Of a DNA stretch of 39,363 nucleotides, positions 37,982-39,363 are shown one piece after another (the first letter of the stretch is position 1; each line of letters starts with the position of its first letter). The DNA comes from Rickettsiales bacterium. GTDB lineage: Bacteria; Pseudomonadota; Alphaproteobacteria; Rs-D84. Location: contig JAISGC010000092.1 in NCBI GenBank assembly GCA_031263295.1, positions 1 through 39,363 of the forward strand, in the 5' to 3' direction. The notes beneath the pieces are model-generated. The model did not search any database. It had not been told where the DNA came from and was given only the letters and a program-made list of their open reading frames with translations. The translations under genes were made by a program, and so were the position numbers.

Positions 37982-38140
37982 GATACAAATTATAGGAGTA
38001 TAATATCATAAAAACAAATAAGCTTCTATTCCTTTCAGGAACTTATCAAATGATTATAGAATCCGGGGCGGAACTCGCCTGGGATTAGGTATCGCATTCC
38101 TGCGACCGATTCGGCAAACGGCGTTTCGGGCGTTATAATA

Positions 38141-39235
38141 ATGGGTATGAACTTTTACATCCATGTCCCTTTTTGTGTGAAAAAATGCAACTACTGCGCA
38201 TTTTATTCCGTGTGCGACGCGCCCGATTGGGAAAATTATACGCGCGGCGTGTGCGAACAATTGGATTATTTTAAGGGACTAGGGACCAGGGATCAGGGAC
38301 CAGATACCATATTCTTTGGGGGCGGAACGCCCAGCCTGATGCCCGTGAAATACGCCGCGCAAATTATCGAAAAAATCGGGGCGAAAAATCCGGCCGAGTT
38401 CACGATAGAGGCTAATCCTAAAACTCTCAACGCCAGCAAATTAAAGGACTGGAAAGATTTGGGCCTGACGCGTTTGTCCGTCGGGATGCAAAGTTTCGAT
38501 GACGAGGAACTGCAATTTTTGGGACGGATTCACAGCGCGGCGGACGCGTGCGCGCTGATTGACGCGGGTCTAGATTCGGGCCTGCGCGTCAGCGCGGATT
38601 TTATTTACGGATTGCCCGGACAGAGCGCCGCCGCCGCCGTGCGCCTTTGCGAAAATATAAATGTGCTCGGCATTGAGCACGCGTCGCTTTACGAACTGAC
38701 GATAGAAAAGGGCACGCCGTTCGCCGGTATGAAACCGCCGACCGAATCGATCGGCGCCGAAATGTATCGAACGATTCAATCGGCGTTGCGATTGCCGCGC
38801 TATGAAGTCTCGAACTATGGCGAGCCCTGTTTGCACAATTCGGCAATCTGGGCGGGCGAACAATATATAGGGGTCGGCGAATCGGCCGCCGGGCGTGTTC
38901 GCGATTCGGACGGATGGCTTGAAACGAAAATTGTCGGCGGTTGTGTTGTTGCGAATCGGTTGACCAATGCCGAACGCGCGACGGAAATTATTATGACGGG
39001 CCTGCGGACGATGAGAGGGGTTGCCTTATGCGCGGTGTTCCCCTCCTTTGGAGGGGTGCCGCCCGAAGGGCGGCTGGGTGGTGCGTCCAGCGGAAGCTGC
39101 GCAATCCCTCTTCATATAAACTGGCCCTTCATCAACTCGCACCCGGAATATTTTATCGCCGCCGCCGATTCGCTTCGCATGACCGAATCGGGGCTGCTGC
39201 TGCTGGACGGATTGATGGGGGATGTGATTTTATAA
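38141..39235 (+). CDS. hemW: Radical SAM heme chaperone HemW / oxygen-independent coproporphyrinogen-III-oxidase-like protein
   Basis: 364 aa. It has YIHVPFCVKKCNYCAF (CxxxCxxC), FFGGGTPS and SVGMQSF, plus a HemN_C-like C-terminus. It contains two repeat-derived in-frame segments (38275-38303 and 39037-39099). Confidence 0.85.
   Translation: MGMNFYIHVPFCVKKCNYCAFYSVCDAPDWENYTRGVCEQLDYFKGLGTRDQGPDTIFFGGGTPSLMPVKYAAQIIEKIGAKNPAEFTIEANPKTLNASKLKDWKDLGLTRLSVGMQSFDDEELQFLGRIHSAADACALIDAGLDSGLRVSADFIYGLPGQSAAAAVRLCENINVLGIEHASLYELTIEKGTPFAGMKPPTESIGAEMYRTIQSALRLPRYEVSNYGEPCLHNSAIWAGEQYIGVGESAAGRVRDSDGWLETKIVGGCVVANRLTNAERATEIIMTGLRTMRGVALCAVFPSFGGVPPEGRLGGASSGSCAIPLHINWPFINSHPEYFIAAADSLRMTESGLLLLDGLMGDVIL
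38275..38303. repeat. GGGACYA tandem heptamers in frame inside hemW
   Basis: GGGACTA GGGACCA GGGATCA GGGACCA G, encoding GLGTRDQGP. Confidence 0.6.
39037..39099. repeat. 63-nt copy of the GTTCCCCTCCTTTGGAGGGG hairpin module, in frame inside hemW
   Basis: 39037-39066 is identical to 25827-25856. It is exactly 21 codons long and encodes VFPSFGGVPPEGRLGGASSGS. Confidence 0.7.
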
Positions 39236-39244
39236 TTCTGGCAG

Positions 39245-39345
39245 AGTGCTATCGCGGGCTCCATCCTGCCCCCTTGTGGGGCGGGATAGAGTTGCCCGAT
39301 TTTTTGCGAAGCAAAAAATCGCTGGCAACTCTTGGGTGGGGGTGA
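39245..39345. repeat. Modular hairpin repeat 3' of hemW, related (in reverse orientation) to 11066-11185
   Basis: It contains GAGTTGCC...GGCAACTC enclosing GATTTTTTGC-GAA-GCAAAAAATC. It shares the flanks CACCCC.CCCAAG and TCCCGCCCCAC...GGGGCAGG with the element downstream of the J-domain gene. Confidence 0.5.
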
Positions 39346-39363
39346 ACCTTTATAAATAAAGCA

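Overview
This 39.4-kb window is a chromosomal segment from a Gram-negative bacterium. A MucR/Ros regulator, an LptF/G permease and beta-barrel OMPs suggest a proteobacterial, possibly alphaproteobacterial, lineage; this is inference, and no rRNA is present to confirm it.

Most of the window is housekeeping genes:
- typA (partial), tRNA-Met(CAU), a PAP2 phosphatase, an S41-like peptidase, secD-secF-yajC, mutL, greA, an lptF/G-type permease, xerD and a J-domain protein.
- A B12 module: PduO-type adenosyltransferase plus class II ribonucleotide reductase, divergent from trxB, followed by a CDGSH Fe-S protein.
- A visibly AT-richer two-gene restriction-modification island (Dam-like methylase plus a GIY-YIG-like nuclease).
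- An MFS transporter, recA, two OMP-like genes, a MazG-like gene, rarA, mucR/ros, rlmN, trmB, gltX, hemolysin-III, an M13 peptidase, a small HTH repressor and hemW.

The accessory or unusual content is:
1. Three diverged paralogous genes for secreted Cys-rich proteins. Each is preceded by the same ~190-nt structured leader with compensatory base changes and a switch-like duplicated CUCCAAC/GGUUGGAG arrangement. I consider this the best candidate for an undescribed cis-regulatory RNA.
2. A short palindromic motif ending in AAGGATCAGA, found 10 times, always inside CDSs and always in the same absolute strand orientation.
3. At least five families of inverted repeats whose arms are tandem heptamers or octamers. 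Some supply stop codons, some encode signal-peptide residues, and some sit in frame inside trmB and hemW.
4. Nested ATTCCCGC-N4-GCGGGAAT hairpin elements in inverted orientation bracketing a 2.85-kb OMP-OMP-MazG segment. A third locus is an exact chimera of their two ends.
5. Two MITE-like elements.

No rRNA, CRISPR array, transposase or integrase other than xerD was seen. All protein calls rest on motif recognition by eye. No database search, alignment or RNA folding was run, so start codons, family assignments and all RNA structures are provisional.
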